In this document: positions 1 through 9,817 of the stretch, piece by piece
Position numbering within the stretch: position 1 is the first letter of the stretch
Layout of the letters: each line of letters begins with the position of its first letter
Assembly (NCBI RefSeq): GCF_002795405.1
Contig: NZ_PHGZ01000013.1
Coordinates: 289,988-313,987 of the forward strand
Direction of reading: 5' to 3'
Length of the DNA: 24,000 nucleotides
DNA from: Caviibacterium pharyngocola
Lineage (GTDB): Bacteria > Pseudomonadota > Gammaproteobacteria > Enterobacterales > Pasteurellaceae
Notes under the pieces: generated by a model
The model's input: the letters and a program-made list of their open reading frames with translations, nothing else
What the model was told of the DNA's origin: nothing
The model's database searches: none
Made by a program: the position numbers and the translations under genes

Positions 1-643
1 CGCAAAATTGCGACGTAATGCGCTGCGGAATCACAACGGGTAGGCGCGTATGAATGCGTAAACGTTGTAAGTGCGGTATGTTTTCCAGCTGTTTTATCAA
101 CCAATCCAATTCGTGATCTTTTGCCATTAACGGATCGCCGCCGGAAAAAATCACTTCTTCGATTTCCGGATGCTGTGCAATGTAATCCAATGCTTTTTGC
201 CAATTTTCTTTATTGCCTTTATTTTGCGCATAAGGAAAATGCCGACGGAAACAATAGCGGCAATTAACCGCACAGCTGTTTTTAACCATTAATAACAGTC
301 GATTTTGGTATTTATGCAAAATATTCGGCGCCGGGTTGTGTTGTTCGTCCAACGGATCTTTGCTAAAACCGACCGCACTTATAAATTCTTCTTTTGCCGC
401 CATTACTTGTAAGAAAAGCGGATCATTCGGATCACCTTTTTGCATTTTTTCGATGAAAGGACGCGGTACACGCAAAGGAAATAAACGACGCGCAAGTATA
501 TCTTCCGTAAAGTTTTTTTCTTCTAAATCAAGGAGCGCGAGTAACTGTTTCGGATCGGAAACCGCCTCGGCGAGATAATCCGTCCAACTTTCTCGTTGAA
601 TTTGTTCTTCTCTAATCGGGATATTTCGGGTTAAAATAGACAC
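1..643 (-). CDS. epmB: EF-P beta-lysylation protein EpmB (lysine 2,3-aminomutase-like radical SAM enzyme). N-terminal 214 codons; the 3' end lies outside the window.
   Basis: Hand translation of the minus strand from GTG at 643-641 gives [87 protein letters not shown]...[22 protein letters not shown]...IFSGGDPLM. The frame stays open to position 1. It contains the radical-SAM CxxxCxxC motif (CAVNCRYC) and is divergent from efp, as is usual for epmB. It is absent from the ORF track because it runs off the edge. Confidence 0.85.
   Translation of the reverse strand, partial: MSILTRNIPIREEQIQRESWTDYLAEAVSDPKQLLALLDLEEKNFTEDILARRLFPLRVPRPFIEKMQKGDPNDPLFLQVMAAKEEFISAVGFSKDPLDEQHNPAPNILHKYQNRLLLMVKNSCAVNCRYCFRRHFPYAQNKGNKENWQKALDYIAQHPEIEEVIFSGGDPLMAKDHELDWLIKQLENIPHLQRLRIHTRLPVVIPQRITSQFC
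69..77 (+). repeat. Hin-type uptake signal sequence core AAGTGCGGT
   Basis: Exact 9-mer read in the sequence, followed by a T-rich tract (atgttttccagctgtttt). Confidence 0.8.
372..380 (-). repeat. Hin-type USS core (ACCGCACTT on the plus strand)
   Basis: Exact 9-mer. Confidence 0.8.
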
Positions 644-678
644 TTTTAAAAACAATCTCTTTTTATTTTGAGGATAAT

Positions 679-1245
679 ATGGCTACATATACTACCAGTG
701 ATTTCAAACCGGGTCTAAAATTTATGCAAGACGGCGAACCTTGCGTCATCGTTGAAAACGAATTTGTGAAACCAGGTAAAGGTCAAGCTTTTACGCGCAC
801 GCGTATTCGTAAATTAATTTCAGGCAAAGTGTTAGACGTTAACTTTAAATCAGGTACTTCCGTCGAAGCTGCTGACGTAATGGATCTAAACTTAACCTAT
901 TCTTACAAAGACGATGCGTTCTGGTATTTTATGCATCCGGAAACATTTGAGCAATACTCCGCGGACGCAAAAGCCGTGGGCGATGCGGAAAAATGGTTGT
1001 TGGATCAAGCGGATTGTATCGTCACCTTATGGAACGGCGCGCCTATCTCTATTACACCACCGAACTTTGTAGAATTAGAAATCATTGACACCGATCCGGG
1101 TCTAAAAGGTGACACCGCAGGAACCGGCGGCAAACCGGCAACATTAAGCACCGGCGCAGTGGTAAAAGTCCCTCTATTCGTCCAAATCGGCGAAGTGATC
1201 AAAGTAGATACTCGTTCCGGCGAATATGTTTCTCGGGTAAAATAA
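679..1245 (+). CDS. efp: Translation elongation factor P
   Basis: 188 aa, [46 protein letters not shown]. The KPGKG loop carries the modified lysine. SD gagga lies at 671-675. Full-length match to the EF-P family. Confidence 0.97.
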   Translation: MATYTTSDFKPGLKFMQDGEPCVIVENEFVKPGKGQAFTRTRIRKLISGKVLDVNFKSGTSVEAADVMDLNLTYSYKDDAFWYFMHPETFEQYSADAKAVGDAEKWLLDQADCIVTLWNGAPISITPPNFVELEIIDTDPGLKGDTAGTGGKPATLSTGAVVKVPLFVQIGEVIKVDTRSGEYVSRVK

Positions 1246-1264
1246 TTCACATATTTTTTATTAA

Positions 1265-1296
1265 AAAGCCGGTTTTATTGCCGGCTTTAATTTATT
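1265..1296 (+). terminator. Rho-independent terminator of efp
   Basis: 8 bp stem aaagccgg (1265-1272) / ccggcttt (1281-1288), followed by the T-rich tract aatttattt. Confidence 0.7.
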
Positions 1297-1458
1297 TAAA
1301 TTCCTTGTCTGTTCACCTCGCTTATTTTTGGGAAAATAAAAAAACTCCCTACAATGAGTTAAATACAAAAGAAAATCTCATTTTAACTAGCCACAGTTAG
1401 CGCAAGACTGTAAAATAGCCAACTAATTTTTTATAGGCTAATGAATTTAAATCGAAAT

Positions 1459-2883
1459 ATGACTCAGAAATTACATATCAAAACTTGGGGCTGTCAGATG
1501 AATGAATATGACAGTTCTAAAATGGCGGATTTATTAAACAGCACGCACGGTTTGGAACTTACCGAAGTGCCGGAAGAAGCGGATGTTTTGTTGTTAAACA
1601 CTTGTTCGATTCGTGAAAAAGCGCAAGAAAAAGTGTTTCATCAATTAGGTCGTTGGAAAGAGTTGAAGAAAAAGAATCCGGCCTTGGTGATTGGTGTCGG
1701 CGGTTGTGTGGCGTCGCAAGAAGGCGAGCATATTCGCACTCGTGCGCCTTATGTGGATATTATTTTCGGGCCGCAAACGTTGCATCGTTTGCCTGAAATG
1801 ATTAACCAAATTCGCGGCGGGAAAAGTTCTGTAGTGGACGTGAGTTTCCCTGAAATCGAAAAATTCGACCGGTTGCCGGAACCGAAAGCGGAAGGTCCGA
1901 CGGCGTTTGTGTCGATTATGGAAGGTTGTAATAAATATTGTACTTATTGCGTTGTGCCTTATACGCGCGGCGAGGAAGTCAGTCGTCCGCTTGATGACGT
2001 ATTGTTTGAAATTGCGCAATTAGCGGAACAGGGTGTGCGCGAGGTGAATTTATTAGGTCAAAACGTGAACGCCTATCGCGGACCGACGCACGATGGTGGG
2101 ATTTGTACTTTTGCCGAATTGTTGCGTTTAGTAGCGGCGATTGACGGTATTGATCGCTTGCGTTTTACGACCAGCCATCCGATTGAATTTACCGATGATA
2201 TTATTGATGTATATGCAGATACGCCGGAATTGGTTAGTTTCTTGCATTTGCCGGTGCAAAGCGGCTCGGATCGTGTGTTGAATATGATGAAACGAGGTCA
2301 TACGGCGCTTGAATATAAATCCATTATCCGCAAATTGCGTAAAGTGCGGCCGGAAATTCAGATTAGTTCGGATTTTATCGTCGGCTTTCCGGGTGAAACC
2401 GAACAGGATTTCGAGGATACAATGAATTTAATTGCACAAGTGAATTTCGATATGAGTTTCAGCTTTATTTATTCGGCACGTCCCGGTACGCCGGCGGCGG
2501 ATATGCCGGATGATGTATCCGAAGAAGAAAAGAAACAGCGTTTGTATTTATTACAACAGCGCATTAACAACCAAGCGGCACAATTCAGCCGTGCAATGTT
2601 GGGCACTGAACAGCGCGTTTTGGTCGAAGGTCCGTCGAAAAAAGACATTATGGAATTGACCGGTCGAACCGAAACGAATCGTATCGTGAACTTTATCGGT
2701 TCGCCCGATATGATCGGCAAATTCGTCGATATTAAAATTACCGACGTGTTTACCAATTCCTTACGCGGCGAAGTGGTGCGTACCGAAGATCAAATGGGAT
2801 TGCGCGTAGTACAATCGCCGAAAGCCGTGATGAATCGCACGCGTAAAGAAGATGAATTAGGCGTCGGACGTTATGGCGGCTAG
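1459..2883 (+). CDS. miaB: tRNA-2-methylthio-N6-dimethylallyladenosine synthase MiaB (radical SAM methylthiotransferase)
   Basis: [26 protein letters not shown]...[20 protein letters not shown]... is collinear with enterobacterial MiaB from MT(K/Q)[17 protein letters not shown] prefer the ATG at 1459 (474 aa) over the track start at 1441, but neither has a strong SD. Confidence 0.93.
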   Translation: MTQKLHIKTWGCQMNEYDSSKMADLLNSTHGLELTEVPEEADVLLLNTCSIREKAQEKVFHQLGRWKELKKKNPALVIGVGGCVASQEGEHIRTRAPYVDIIFGPQTLHRLPEMINQIRGGKSSVVDVSFPEIEKFDRLPEPKAEGPTAFVSIMEGCNKYCTYCVVPYTRGEEVSRPLDDVLFEIAQLAEQGVREVNLLGQNVNAYRGPTHDGGICTFAELLRLVAAIDGIDRLRFTTSHPIEFTDDIIDVYADTPELVSFLHLPVQSGSDRVLNMMKRGHTALEYKSIIRKLRKVRPEIQISSDFIVGFPGETEQDFEDTMNLIAQVNFDMSFSFIYSARPGTPAADMPDDVSEEEKKQRLYLLQQRINNQAAQFSRAMLGTEQRVLVEGPSKKDIMELTGRTETNRIVNFIGSPDMIGKFVDIKITDVFTNSLRGEVVRTEDQMGLRVVQSPKAVMNRTRKEDELGVGRYGG

Positions 2884-2903
2884 TCGATCGAACTAATGAA
2901 ACG

Positions 2904-2940
2904 AAAGAAGGGAAATAGTCGATATTTCCCTTCTTTTTTA
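2904..2940. terminator. Bidirectional rho-independent terminator shared by convergent miaB and rnb
   Basis: 14 bp perfect stem: 2904-2917 aaagaagggaaata pairs with 2923-2936 tatttcccttcttt, with loop gtcga. T runs follow on both strands. Confidence 0.8.
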
Positions 2941-2942
2941 GC

Positions 2943-4922
2943 TTAAATCAGAATATCGGCAATAATACTGCGCGTTTCTTCTTTCACTTCGGTTAATCGC
3001 ACCTTCACGATGTCACCGATTTTGTATTTGCGTTCGCCGTTGATATATAAGGCGATTTCGTCGCTATTCACCGCCATTTCTTCTTTATTGGCGTGCAAGT
3101 TGGATGCCGGTACGAATACGGAGGCGCCGTTTTCTAATAATTGCACGCGTAATCCGCCGCGCATTACGTCTTGCACTTCCGCCTCGAACTCGGTATTTAT
3201 TTCCACTTTATCAGCCAAATAACGACAATATAACCAATCGGCAATATCGCGTTCAACCAAGCGATTTTGGCGACGCGCTTCTTGCAAGCGGGCGAGCACC
3301 GCTTCTTGCGGTTTTTCATAGACTTGCGTGGTTAAAGAGGCTTTGATCAAGCGGTGATTCACCATATCGGAATATTTACGAATCGGCGATGTCCAAGTGG
3401 CGTAGCCGGAAAGACCTAAGCCAAAGTGCGGCGCTAATTCCGCTTTAAATTCGGCAAAAGTTAAGAAACGGCGTAAACGCAATTCAAGAAAATCACTGTT
3501 AAAAGGTTCGATATCGTGACGCATCCGGCAATAACCTTCTAATGTCGAAAGATTTTCCACGGAATAACGTTCTTCCAATTCGGCGCGATTTTCATCGTTC
3601 GCCAAATTTGCCAATAAAAATTGACGGGCATTTTCTAAGAATTTTTTGTCGAAACCGGAATGCGTGTTAAAAATACCGCACTTTGCCGTTTCCGCTAAAT
3701 ATTGCGCTGCGCAAATATTGGCAATAATCATTGATTCTTCGACGATTTGGTTGGCGATACGACGATGTTCCGCTTTAATGTCCGCAACTTTGCCGTTTTC
3801 TGCTAACACAAAGGAATAATCCGGTTTTTCTTTGAACAACAACGAATGGGTTTTACGCCATTCAATGCGAGCAAGGGTGAATTGGTGCAAGCGTTGAATT
3901 TGCGTTGCCGTTTCGGTATTTTCCGGTTGCCACGCGTCGGCTTGTCCTTCCAAATAATCGGAAACCTTGTTATACGCCAATTTCGCTTTCGAACGAATAG
4001 AAGCGCAAACAAAACGTGGTTTCGCCGTGATATTGCCTTGCAAATCCGTTTCGATATAACACACTAATGCCGGTCGAGTTTCGTTTTCCATTAACGAACA
4101 GCGTTCGTCGGATAACTCACGCGGCAACATCGGAATATTAAAACCCGGTAGATAATTAGTAAAGCAACGTTGTTTCGCGTCTTGTTCGATTTGCGAATCC
4201 GGTGCGATATAGGCGGTTGGATCGGCGATCGCCACCACTAAACGCCAACCGGTTTGGCTGCCCGCGGTTTCGATAGGCTCAATAAACAAAGCATCGTCCA
4301 TATCTTGCGTGCTTTCGCTGTCGATAGTGACGAAATGCAGATCGGTGAGATCATCGCGCGGTTGTTGATCCAACATCGGATAATCTTCTGCGCCGGCAAC
4401 GGGATAACGCGATTGTTCGTGGCGCGCCAATGTGACCCACCAAGGCGCGAATTCATCGTCCGCACGACAAATTAAATCGGTGATTTGAGCGAAAAAGAAA
4501 CGATCGTCACGCAGCGGATGAGTTTTTAACTGCGCGACCACCCAGTCGCCTTCTTGCAATTCTTCTTTTAATTTATTCGCCTGATTGGCGCCGATCGGCT
4601 GATTAATTTGCGGATGATCAACCAAAACTTGTAATTTCTTGTCTTTATTAAACCGCACTTTAGCAAGAAAACGAGTGAGCATCGGCTCGATTAATTCTTC
4701 CGGTTCTGCTTGTTCTTTGTCGCCCACGGTTTCGATCACCGCTTTGATTTTGTCACCGTGCATTACTTTTTTCATCGCCGGCGGCGGCAGGAAATAGCTT
4801 TTTTTATCGGTTTCTAAAAAGCCGAACGCTTTATCCGACCCTTTAACCACGCCTTCGACGTGTGGTTTACTGTCGCGGATTTGTTGTTTTAATTGAGAAA
4901 GTAACGGATTATTTTGAAACAT
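2943..4922 (-). CDS. rnb: Exoribonuclease II (RNase II)
   Basis: 659 aa. The N-terminus MFQNNPLLSQLKQQIRDSKPHVEGVVKGSDKAFGFLETDKKSYFLPPPAMKKVMHGDKI parallels E. coli RNase II. An RNB catalytic core and a C-terminal S1 domain are present. Confidence 0.95.
   Translation of the reverse strand: MFQNNPLLSQLKQQIRDSKPHVEGVVKGSDKAFGFLETDKKSYFLPPPAMKKVMHGDKIKAVIETVGDKEQAEPEELIEPMLTRFLAKVRFNKDKKLQVLVDHPQINQPIGANQANKLKEELQEGDWVVAQLKTHPLRDDRFFFAQITDLICRADDEFAPWWVTLARHEQSRYPVAGAEDYPMLDQQPRDDLTDLHFVTIDSESTQDMDDALFIEPIETAGSQTGWRLVVAIADPTAYIAPDSQIEQDAKQRCFTNYLPGFNIPMLPRELSDERCSLMENETRPALVCYIETDLQGNITAKPRFVCASIRSKAKLAYNKVSDYLEGQADAWQPENTETATQIQRLHQFTLARIEWRKTHSLLFKEKPDYSFVLAENGKVADIKAEHRRIANQIVEESMIIANICAAQYLAETAKCGIFNTHSGFDKKFLENARQFLLANLANDENRAELEERYSVENLSTLEGYCRMRHDIEPFNSDFLELRLRRFLTFAEFKAELAPHFGLGLSGYATWTSPIRKYSDMVNHRLIKASLTTQVYEKPQEAVLARLQEARRQNRLVERDIADWLYCRYLADKVEINTEFEAEVQDVMRGGLRVQLLENGASVFVPASNLHANKEEMAVNSDEIALYINGERKYKIGDIVKVRLTEVKEETRSIIADILI
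3675..3683 (-). repeat. Hin-type USS core (ACCGCACTT)
   Basis: Exact 9-mer inside rnb. Confidence 0.8.
4652..4660 (-). repeat. Hin-type USS core (ACCGCACTT)
   Basis: Exact 9-mer inside rnb. Confidence 0.8.
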
Positions 4923-4933
4923 ATTTTATCTTA

Positions 4934-4965
4934 GAAATACAAAAGGGCAGACGTCGCGCCTGCCC
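4934..4965 (-). terminator. Rho-independent terminator of fabI
   Basis: Stem GGGCAG (4945-4950) / CTGCCC (4960-4965) with a 9 nt loop. On the minus strand it is followed by ttttgtattt. Confidence 0.6.
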
Positions 4966-4983
4966 GAATAATCAATGCGGAAA

Positions 4984-5772
4984 TTATTCCGCGCCTAATT
5001 CGCTCATCGCCGTAATGCTGAAACCGGCGTCAACGTGTAAAATTTCACCGGTTACGCCGGAAGCGAGATCCGAACATAAAAATGCGGCGGAATTACCCAC
5101 ATCGTCAATGCTGACGGTGCGACGTAACGGCGCCGTGTTTTCGAAGGTCGCCAACATTTTCTTAAAGTTTTTAATGCCGGATGCCGCTAAAGTGCGAATC
5201 GGGCCGGCGGAAATCGCGTTGACGCGAATACCGTCTTTGCCTAAATCCGCCGCCATTACGCGGGTTGCGGCTTCTAAGGAAGCTTTTGCCAAACACATTA
5301 CGTTATAGTTCGGAATCGCACGTTCCGCACCCAAATAGCTTAAGGTTAATAATGCGGCATTCGGGTTTAACATCGGGCGAGCGGCTTGCGCCATTGCTAC
5401 AAAGCTGTATGCGCTGATGTCGTGTGCAATGCGATAACCGTCGCGAGTTGCGGCGTTAACGTAGTCGCCGTCTAATTGATCGCCCGGCGCAAAGGCAATG
5501 GCGTGGACGAAACCGTCGAAGGTTTCCCAATGTTGTTTTAATTGCGCGAAACATTCCGTAATGCTTTCATCGGTTGCAACATCCAACGGAAGAACGATGT
5601 CCGAGCCGAATTCTTTGGCAAATTCTTCCACTCGACCTTTTAATTTATCGTTTAAATAGGTGAAAGCAAGCTCCGCGCCTTGGCGTTTCATTGCGGCGGC
5701 GATACCGTAAGCGATAGAACGGTTGCTGGCTAAACCTGTGATTAAAATGCGTTTACCTGTTAAAAAACTCAT
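4984..5772 (-). CDS. fabI: Enoyl-[acyl-carrier-protein] reductase (NADH), FabI
   Basis: 262 aa, [39 protein letters not shown]... SDR fold with the typical FabI N-terminus and length. Confidence 0.96.
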   Translation of the reverse strand: MSFLTGKRILITGLASNRSIAYGIAAAMKRQGAELAFTYLNDKLKGRVEEFAKEFGSDIVLPLDVATDESITECFAQLKQHWETFDGFVHAIAFAPGDQLDGDYVNAATRDGYRIAHDISAYSFVAMAQAARPMLNPNAALLTLSYLGAERAIPNYNVMCLAKASLEAATRVMAADLGKDGIRVNAISAGPIRTLAASGIKNFKKMLATFENTAPLRRTVSIDDVGNSAAFLCSDLASGVTGEILHVDAGFSITAMSELGAE

Positions 5773-5898
5773 TGTGTGATTCCTATTTTATTCATCCGCC
5801 GAATTGCGCGGAACGGTGTTAAAAATTGTGCGTAGTATAAGCTAAAAATCCTTTGAACACAAAGCAGACCTTTCGCGAATTCGACCGCATTTTGGCTT

Positions 5899-6654
5899 TT
5901 ATGCCGGATTATCAATATCTTTAAATTCGACCTGTAAGCCGAATTCCGCCGCCAACCATTCGCCGAGCGCTTGCACGCCGTAGCGCTCCGTGGCGTGGTG
6001 TCCGGCGGCAAAAAAATGAATACCTTGTTCGCGCGCAGAATGTACGGTTTGCTCGGATACTTCGCCGCTGATAAAGGCGTCGATACCTTGTGTCGCAGCG
6101 AGATCAATATAACCTTGGCCGCCGCCGGTGCAAATGCCGACGGTGCGGATAAAGTGCGGTGCATTTTCGCTGCAAATTAAAGGTTTGCGTTGTAATACTT
6201 GTTCGATTCGCGCGCCGAGTTGTTGTGCCGTCAATGGTTCGGATAAGGTGCCGTAAACGGGAATACTGTTCGGTTGCGCTTCCAGCGGTTGCAGATCTTT
6301 AATGCCTAAACGTGCGGCGAGTTGCGCGTTATTGCCTAATTGAGGGTGAACGTCCAAGGGTAAATGATAGGCGTATAAATTGATGTTATTCACCTGCAAG
6401 GTTTTGATACGTTTGCCTTTCATTCCGCGCAGGCAAGGATTTTCATTTTTCCAAAAATAGCCGTGGTGAACCAATATTGCGTCGGCATTTTGTTCGACGG
6501 CGTAATCGATTAACGCTTGGCAGGCAGTGACGCCGGTGATGATTTTGCCAATATTTTCCGAGCCTTCGATTTGCAATCCGTTCGGCGCATAATCGCTAAT
6601 GGCGTGGCTGTTGAGTTTTTGATTAATAATCTGTTCCAGTTGTAGATGATTCAT
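5899..6654 (-). CDS. ybgI: Nif3-like dinuclear metal centre protein (YbgI family, GTP cyclohydrolase 1 type 2 homologue)
   Basis: From the internal ATG at 6654, MNHLQLEQIINQKLNSHAISDYAPNGLQIEGSENIGKIITGVTA...AAGHHATERYG...DIDNPA is collinear with E. coli YbgI (247 aa). The 17-codon extension in the track (start 6705) has no homologue support. Confidence 0.9.
   Translation of the reverse strand: MNHLQLEQIINQKLNSHAISDYAPNGLQIEGSENIGKIITGVTACQALIDYAVEQNADAILVHHGYFWKNENPCLRGMKGKRIKTLQVNNINLYAYHLPLDVHPQLGNNAQLAARLGIKDLQPLEAQPNSIPVYGTLSEPLTAQQLGARIEQVLQRKPLICSENAPHFIRTVGICTGGGQGYIDLAATQGIDAFISGEVSEQTVHSAREQGIHFFAAGHHATERYGVQALGEWLAAEFGLQVEFKDIDNPA
6152..6160 (+). repeat. Hin-type USS core AAGTGCGGT
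   Basis: Exact 9-mer inside ybgI. Confidence 0.8.
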
Positions 6655-6827
6655 AATTTTCCCCGCTGACAAAAGGTTTTTTTGTGGCGACTTATGGTAA
6701 CACAAAACAGTCTGAAAGACGGTAATTCGGGCAAAATACCTCGCATTAGTTTTTGAATTTCAACGGAAATACTTTTACAATAAGGTCATTGATTTTTCTG
6801 ATAATCAGCCGAAATAGGGAGATTATT

Positions 6828-7619
6828 ATGTGTACCACTTGCGGTTGCGGACATCCGGAACAAACACGCATCGGCGAATTGCCGCATACTCACGATAATG
6901 CCGCGCAAAGTGCGGTCAAATTACCGAATTTTTCTCATTCCGTTTTTCATTCCGGCGCCTCAAATGAGGACGAAAGCGCGAAACGTTTACTGAAAGTCGA
7001 ACAAGACGTGCTAGGCAAAAATAATCAATTAGCGCAAATTAACCGCACTTTGTTCGAAAAACACCATATTCTCGCATTAAATTTAGTTTCCAGCCCCGGT
7101 TCGGGCAAAACCACCTTGTTAACCACAACCTTGAACGCGTTGAAAGGCGAATTGCCTTGCTATGTGATCGAAGGCGATCAGCAAACCGAAAATGACGCGG
7201 ATCGTATTCGCGCCACCGGCGTACCGGCGATTCAGGTGAACACGGGAAAAGGCTGCCATTTGGATGCGCAAATGATCGGGCAAGCGTTGGTGAAACTTCG
7301 TCCGCAAGAAAACAGTTTGTTGTTTATCGAAAATGTCGGCAACTTGGTTTGTCCGTCGGAATTTGATCTCGGCGAAAAAGCCAAAGTGGTGATTTTGTCC
7401 GTGACGGAAGGCGAAGATAAGCCGTTGAAATATCCGCATATGTTTGCCGCCGCCGAATTGATGATTCTCAATAAAATCGATTTATTGCCGTATTTAAATT
7501 TTGACGTGGAAAAATGTCTGGCATATGCCAAACAAGTGAATCCGAATATTCGAGTGATTCAACTTTCCGCGACCACCGGCGAAGGTTTGGCGCAATGGCT
7601 GGATTGGTTGCGCGCATAA
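6828..7619 (+). CDS. hypB: Hydrogenase nickel incorporation GTPase HypB
   Basis: Starts [12 protein letters not shown], the N-terminal CxxCGC high-affinity Ni site, with SD agggag at 6816-6821. The Walker A motif is [11 protein letters not shown]. 263 aa. The TTG start at 6753 in the track adds 25 unsupported residues. Confidence 0.93.
   Translation: MCTTCGCGHPEQTRIGELPHTHDNAAQSAVKLPNFSHSVFHSGASNEDESAKRLLKVEQDVLGKNNQLAQINRTLFEKHHILALNLVSSPGSGKTTLLTTTLNALKGELPCYVIEGDQQTENDADRIRATGVPAIQVNTGKGCHLDAQMIGQALVKLRPQENSLLFIENVGNLVCPSEFDLGEKAKVVILSVTEGEDKPLKYPHMFAAAELMILNKIDLLPYLNFDVEKCLAYAKQVNPNIRVIQLSATTGEGLAQWLDWLRA
6908..6916 (+). repeat. Hin-type USS core AAGTGCGGT
   Basis: Exact 9-mer inside hypB. 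Confidence 0.8.
7042..7050 (-). repeat. Hin-type USS core (ACCGCACTT)
   Basis: Exact 9-mer inside hypB. Confidence 0.8.
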
Positions 7620-7631
7620 AGGATTGACAAA

Positions 7632-8744
7632 ATGCAGTTTGTTGATGAATTTCGTGATCCGAAATTAGCGAGAGATTTAGTCGGGCATTTGCATAAACTA
7701 ATGCAAAAACTACCGCACTTTACCAAGCAAAATCCGCTTTATTTAATGGAAGTGTGCGGCGGACACACGCACACGATTTTTAAATTCGGCTTGGATAAAC
7801 TGTTACCCGAAAGTATCGAATTTATTCACGGGCCGGGTTGTCCGGTTTGCGTGTTGCCGATGGGGCGAATCGACGTCTGCATTGAAATCGCCGAGCGCGA
7901 CAACGTGATCTTCTGTACTTTCGGCGATGCAATGCGTGTGCGTGGGCGGAAGGGCTCTTTGTTGGAAGCTAAAGCGAAAGGAGCGGATGTGCGAATTGTG
8001 TATTCGCCGCTGGATGCGTTAAATATCGCGTTAAATAATCCGGATAAAAACGTGGTGTTCTTTTCCTTGGGTTTCGAAACCACAATGCCGAGTGCGGCGA
8101 TTACCTTGCAACAAGCGAGAAAACAGCAGGTGTCGAATTTTTTTGTGGTGTGCCAAAATATCACCATTATTCCGACGCTACATAGTTTGCTGGCGCAAGA
8201 ACAGGTTCAAATCGACGGTTTTATCGCGCCCGGTCACGTCAGTATGGTTATCGGCTCGACGCCGTATCAAAATCTTTGCCAAACCTATCATAAACCTTTT
8301 GTCATCACCGGTTTTGAGCCCTTGGATATTTTGCAGGCTATCGTAATGTTGGTTACGCAATTTGTCGAACGGCGCTGTGAAGTAGAAAATCAATACAAAC
8401 GCATTGTGCAGTCCGATGGAAACCGCTTGGCGCAACAAGCAATGAGCGAAGTGTTTCGCTTGAAAGCGCGCAGCGAATGGCGCGGCTTGGGCGAAATAGA
8501 GGAGTCCGGCGTGGAATTGACGGAAGCTTACTGTCATTTTGACGCGGAAATTTATTTTAACAGCACGCCGCAACAAGTCGCCGATGATCCGAATTCGCGC
8601 TGCGGCGACGTGCTTGTTGGCAAATGCAAACCGAAAGATTGCCCGCTGTTTGCGGTTAAATGCAATCCGGATAATGCCTACGGCGCCTTAATGGTTTCCT
8701 CCGAAGGCGCGTGCGCGGCGTATTATCAATATCGACGGGAATAA
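7632..8744 (+). CDS. hypD: [NiFe]-hydrogenase maturation Fe-S protein HypD
   Basis: 370 aa, MQFVDEFRDPKLARDL...EVCGGHTHTIFKFGLD...HGPGCPVCV... These are the conserved HypD motifs CGGHTH and GPGCPVC. Confidence 0.95.
   Translation: MQFVDEFRDPKLARDLVGHLHKLMQKLPHFTKQNPLYLMEVCGGHTHTIFKFGLDKLLPESIEFIHGPGCPVCVLPMGRIDVCIEIAERDNVIFCTFGDAMRVRGRKGSLLEAKAKGADVRIVYSPLDALNIALNNPDKNVVFFSLGFETTMPSAAITLQQARKQQVSNFFVVCQNITIIPTLHSLLAQEQVQIDGFIAPGHVSMVIGSTPYQNLCQTYHKPFVITGFEPLDILQAIVMLVTQFVERRCEVENQYKRIVQSDGNRLAQQAMSEVFRLKARSEWRGLGEIEESGVELTEAYCHFDAEIYFNSTPQQVADDPNSRCGDVLVGKCKPKDCPLFAVKCNPDNAYGALMVSSEGACAAYYQYRRE
7712..7720 (-). repeat. Hin-type USS core (ACCGCACTT)
   Basis: Exact 9-mer inside hypD. Confidence 0.8.
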
Positions 8745-8749
8745 TAACA

Positions 8750-9763
8750 ATGACGGATTTTATTACAATGGCGCACGGCAACGGTGGTGCGGCAATGCAG
8801 CGATTGATACGGGATTATTTTGTCGAAGCCTTTGATAACCCGATTTTAGCCCAGGGCGAAGATCAAGCGCGTTTGCCGCTAGCAGATCTTGCCACGCAAG
8901 GAACGCAGCTGTCTTTTAGTACGGACAGTTTTGTGATCGACCCGATCTTTTTTCCGGGCGGAAATATCGGTAAACTTGCGGTGTGCGGTACGGCGAACGA
9001 TGTGGCGGTGTGCGGCGCAATTCCGCAATTTTTGTCTTGCGGCTTTATTTTGGAAGAAGGATTGCCGCTACACGAATTAAAGCAAATTATTCAATCGATG
9101 GCGCAAACCTGTCGTGAGGCGAATATTCGTGTCGTGACCGGTGATACGAAAGTGGTACAAAAAGGTGCGGCGGATAAAATCTTTATTAACACCAGCGGAA
9201 TCGGTGTGATTCCGAATCGTTTGGATTGGGGCGTTCATCAGATTCGTGCCGGAGACCACATCATTGTCAGCGGCACCTTGGGCGATCACGGTGCGACCAT
9301 TTTGAATCTACGCGAGAATTTAGGTATTCAAACGAATTTACATAGCGATTGCGCCGTGTTGACGCCGTTAATTGATCTATTGCGTCCTTTTACCGGCGTT
9401 AAAGCTGTGCGTGACGCAACCCGCGGCGGTGTGAATGCCGTGTTGCACGAATTCGCTCAAGCGCAGCGTTTAGGGATTCGGATTGAAGAAAATGCGTTGC
9501 CGATTCGACAAGAAGTGCGCGGTATTTGCGAATTGTTAGGTTTGGAAGCATTAAACTTTGCTAATGAAGGCAAATTGGTGATTGTCGCGGAACCCGCACA
9601 AACCGAGGCAATATTGACCGCACTTCGCCGTCATCCGCTCGGTGAAAATGCCGCCGTTATCGGCGAAGTGACACCGGACGGCAAAGTTCGCTCCGTTGGG
9701 ATTTTCGGACAAAGCCGTTTGCTCGATCTCCCGACCAACGAACCGCTCCCACGGATTTGTTAA
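8750..9763 (+). CDS. hypE: Hydrogenase maturation carbamoyl dehydratase HypE
   Basis: From the ATG at 8750, MTDFITMAHGNGGAAMQRLIRDYF...GTANDVAVCGA...TGDTKVV...DATRGGV...EPLPRIC. It has the C-terminal PRIC motif and is 337 aa, collinear with E. coli HypE. The track start at 8711 overlaps the hypD end and is unsupported. Confidence 0.94.
   Translation: MTDFITMAHGNGGAAMQRLIRDYFVEAFDNPILAQGEDQARLPLADLATQGTQLSFSTDSFVIDPIFFPGGNIGKLAVCGTANDVAVCGAIPQFLSCGFILEEGLPLHELKQIIQSMAQTCREANIRVVTGDTKVVQKGAADKIFINTSGIGVIPNRLDWGVHQIRAGDHIIVSGTLGDHGATILNLRENLGIQTNLHSDCAVLTPLIDLLRPFTGVKAVRDATRGGVNAVLHEFAQAQRLGIRIEENALPIRQEVRGICELLGLEALNFANEGKLVIVAEPAQTEAILTALRRHPLGENAAVIGEVTPDGKVRSVGIFGQSRLLDLPTNEPLPRIC
9617..9625 (-). 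repeat. Hin-type USS core (ACCGCACTT)
   Basis: Exact 9-mer inside hypE. Confidence 0.8.
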
Positions 9764-9773
9764 CTTGAAAAAT

Positions 9774-9799
9774 AATGCGCCGATAGTTTTCGGCGCATT
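9774..9799. terminator. Bidirectional terminator shared by convergent hypE and galK
   Basis: 10 bp perfect stem aatgcgccga (9774-9783) / tcggcgcatt (9790-9799). atttttc follows on the minus strand and gttgt on the plus strand. Confidence 0.7.
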
Positions 9800-9817
9800 G
9801 TTGTCTATGGTAGCAAA

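Noticed and set aside
336-578. 80 aa plus-strand ORF at the left edge
   Set aside because: It lies entirely antisense to the clearly coding epmB frame. It has a low-complexity composition and no SD.
1005-1250. 81 aa minus-strand ORF overlapping the efp 3' end. The same applies to antisense ORFs at 1645-2019, 2469-2756, 3010-3346, 3803-4475, 7119-7531, 7826-8576, 9077-9289, 10461-11041, 12648-13901, 15785-17452, 18323-18556, 20058-20717, 20946-22583 and 23507-23864.
   Set aside because: All are embedded antisense or out of frame within strongly supported conserved genes. Their translations are Arg/Ser/Phe-rich with no recognisable motifs. They are typical shadow ORFs.
2341-2350. Near-USS 9-mers with one mismatch (AAGTGCGGC at 2342-2350 and 3424-3432; ACCGCATTT at 5884-5892)
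   Set aside because: One-mismatch cores are expected at appreciable frequency and are weaker uptake substrates. They are not counted among the 17 exact copies.
4862-5308. 148 aa plus-strand ORF spanning the rnb-fabI junction, and the 131 aa ORF at 5769-6164 (-) overlapping ybgI
   Set aside because: The first crosses an intergenic terminator and runs antisense to fabI. The second is out of frame with the YbgI frame that is collinear with its homologues. Neither has a conserved-looking product.
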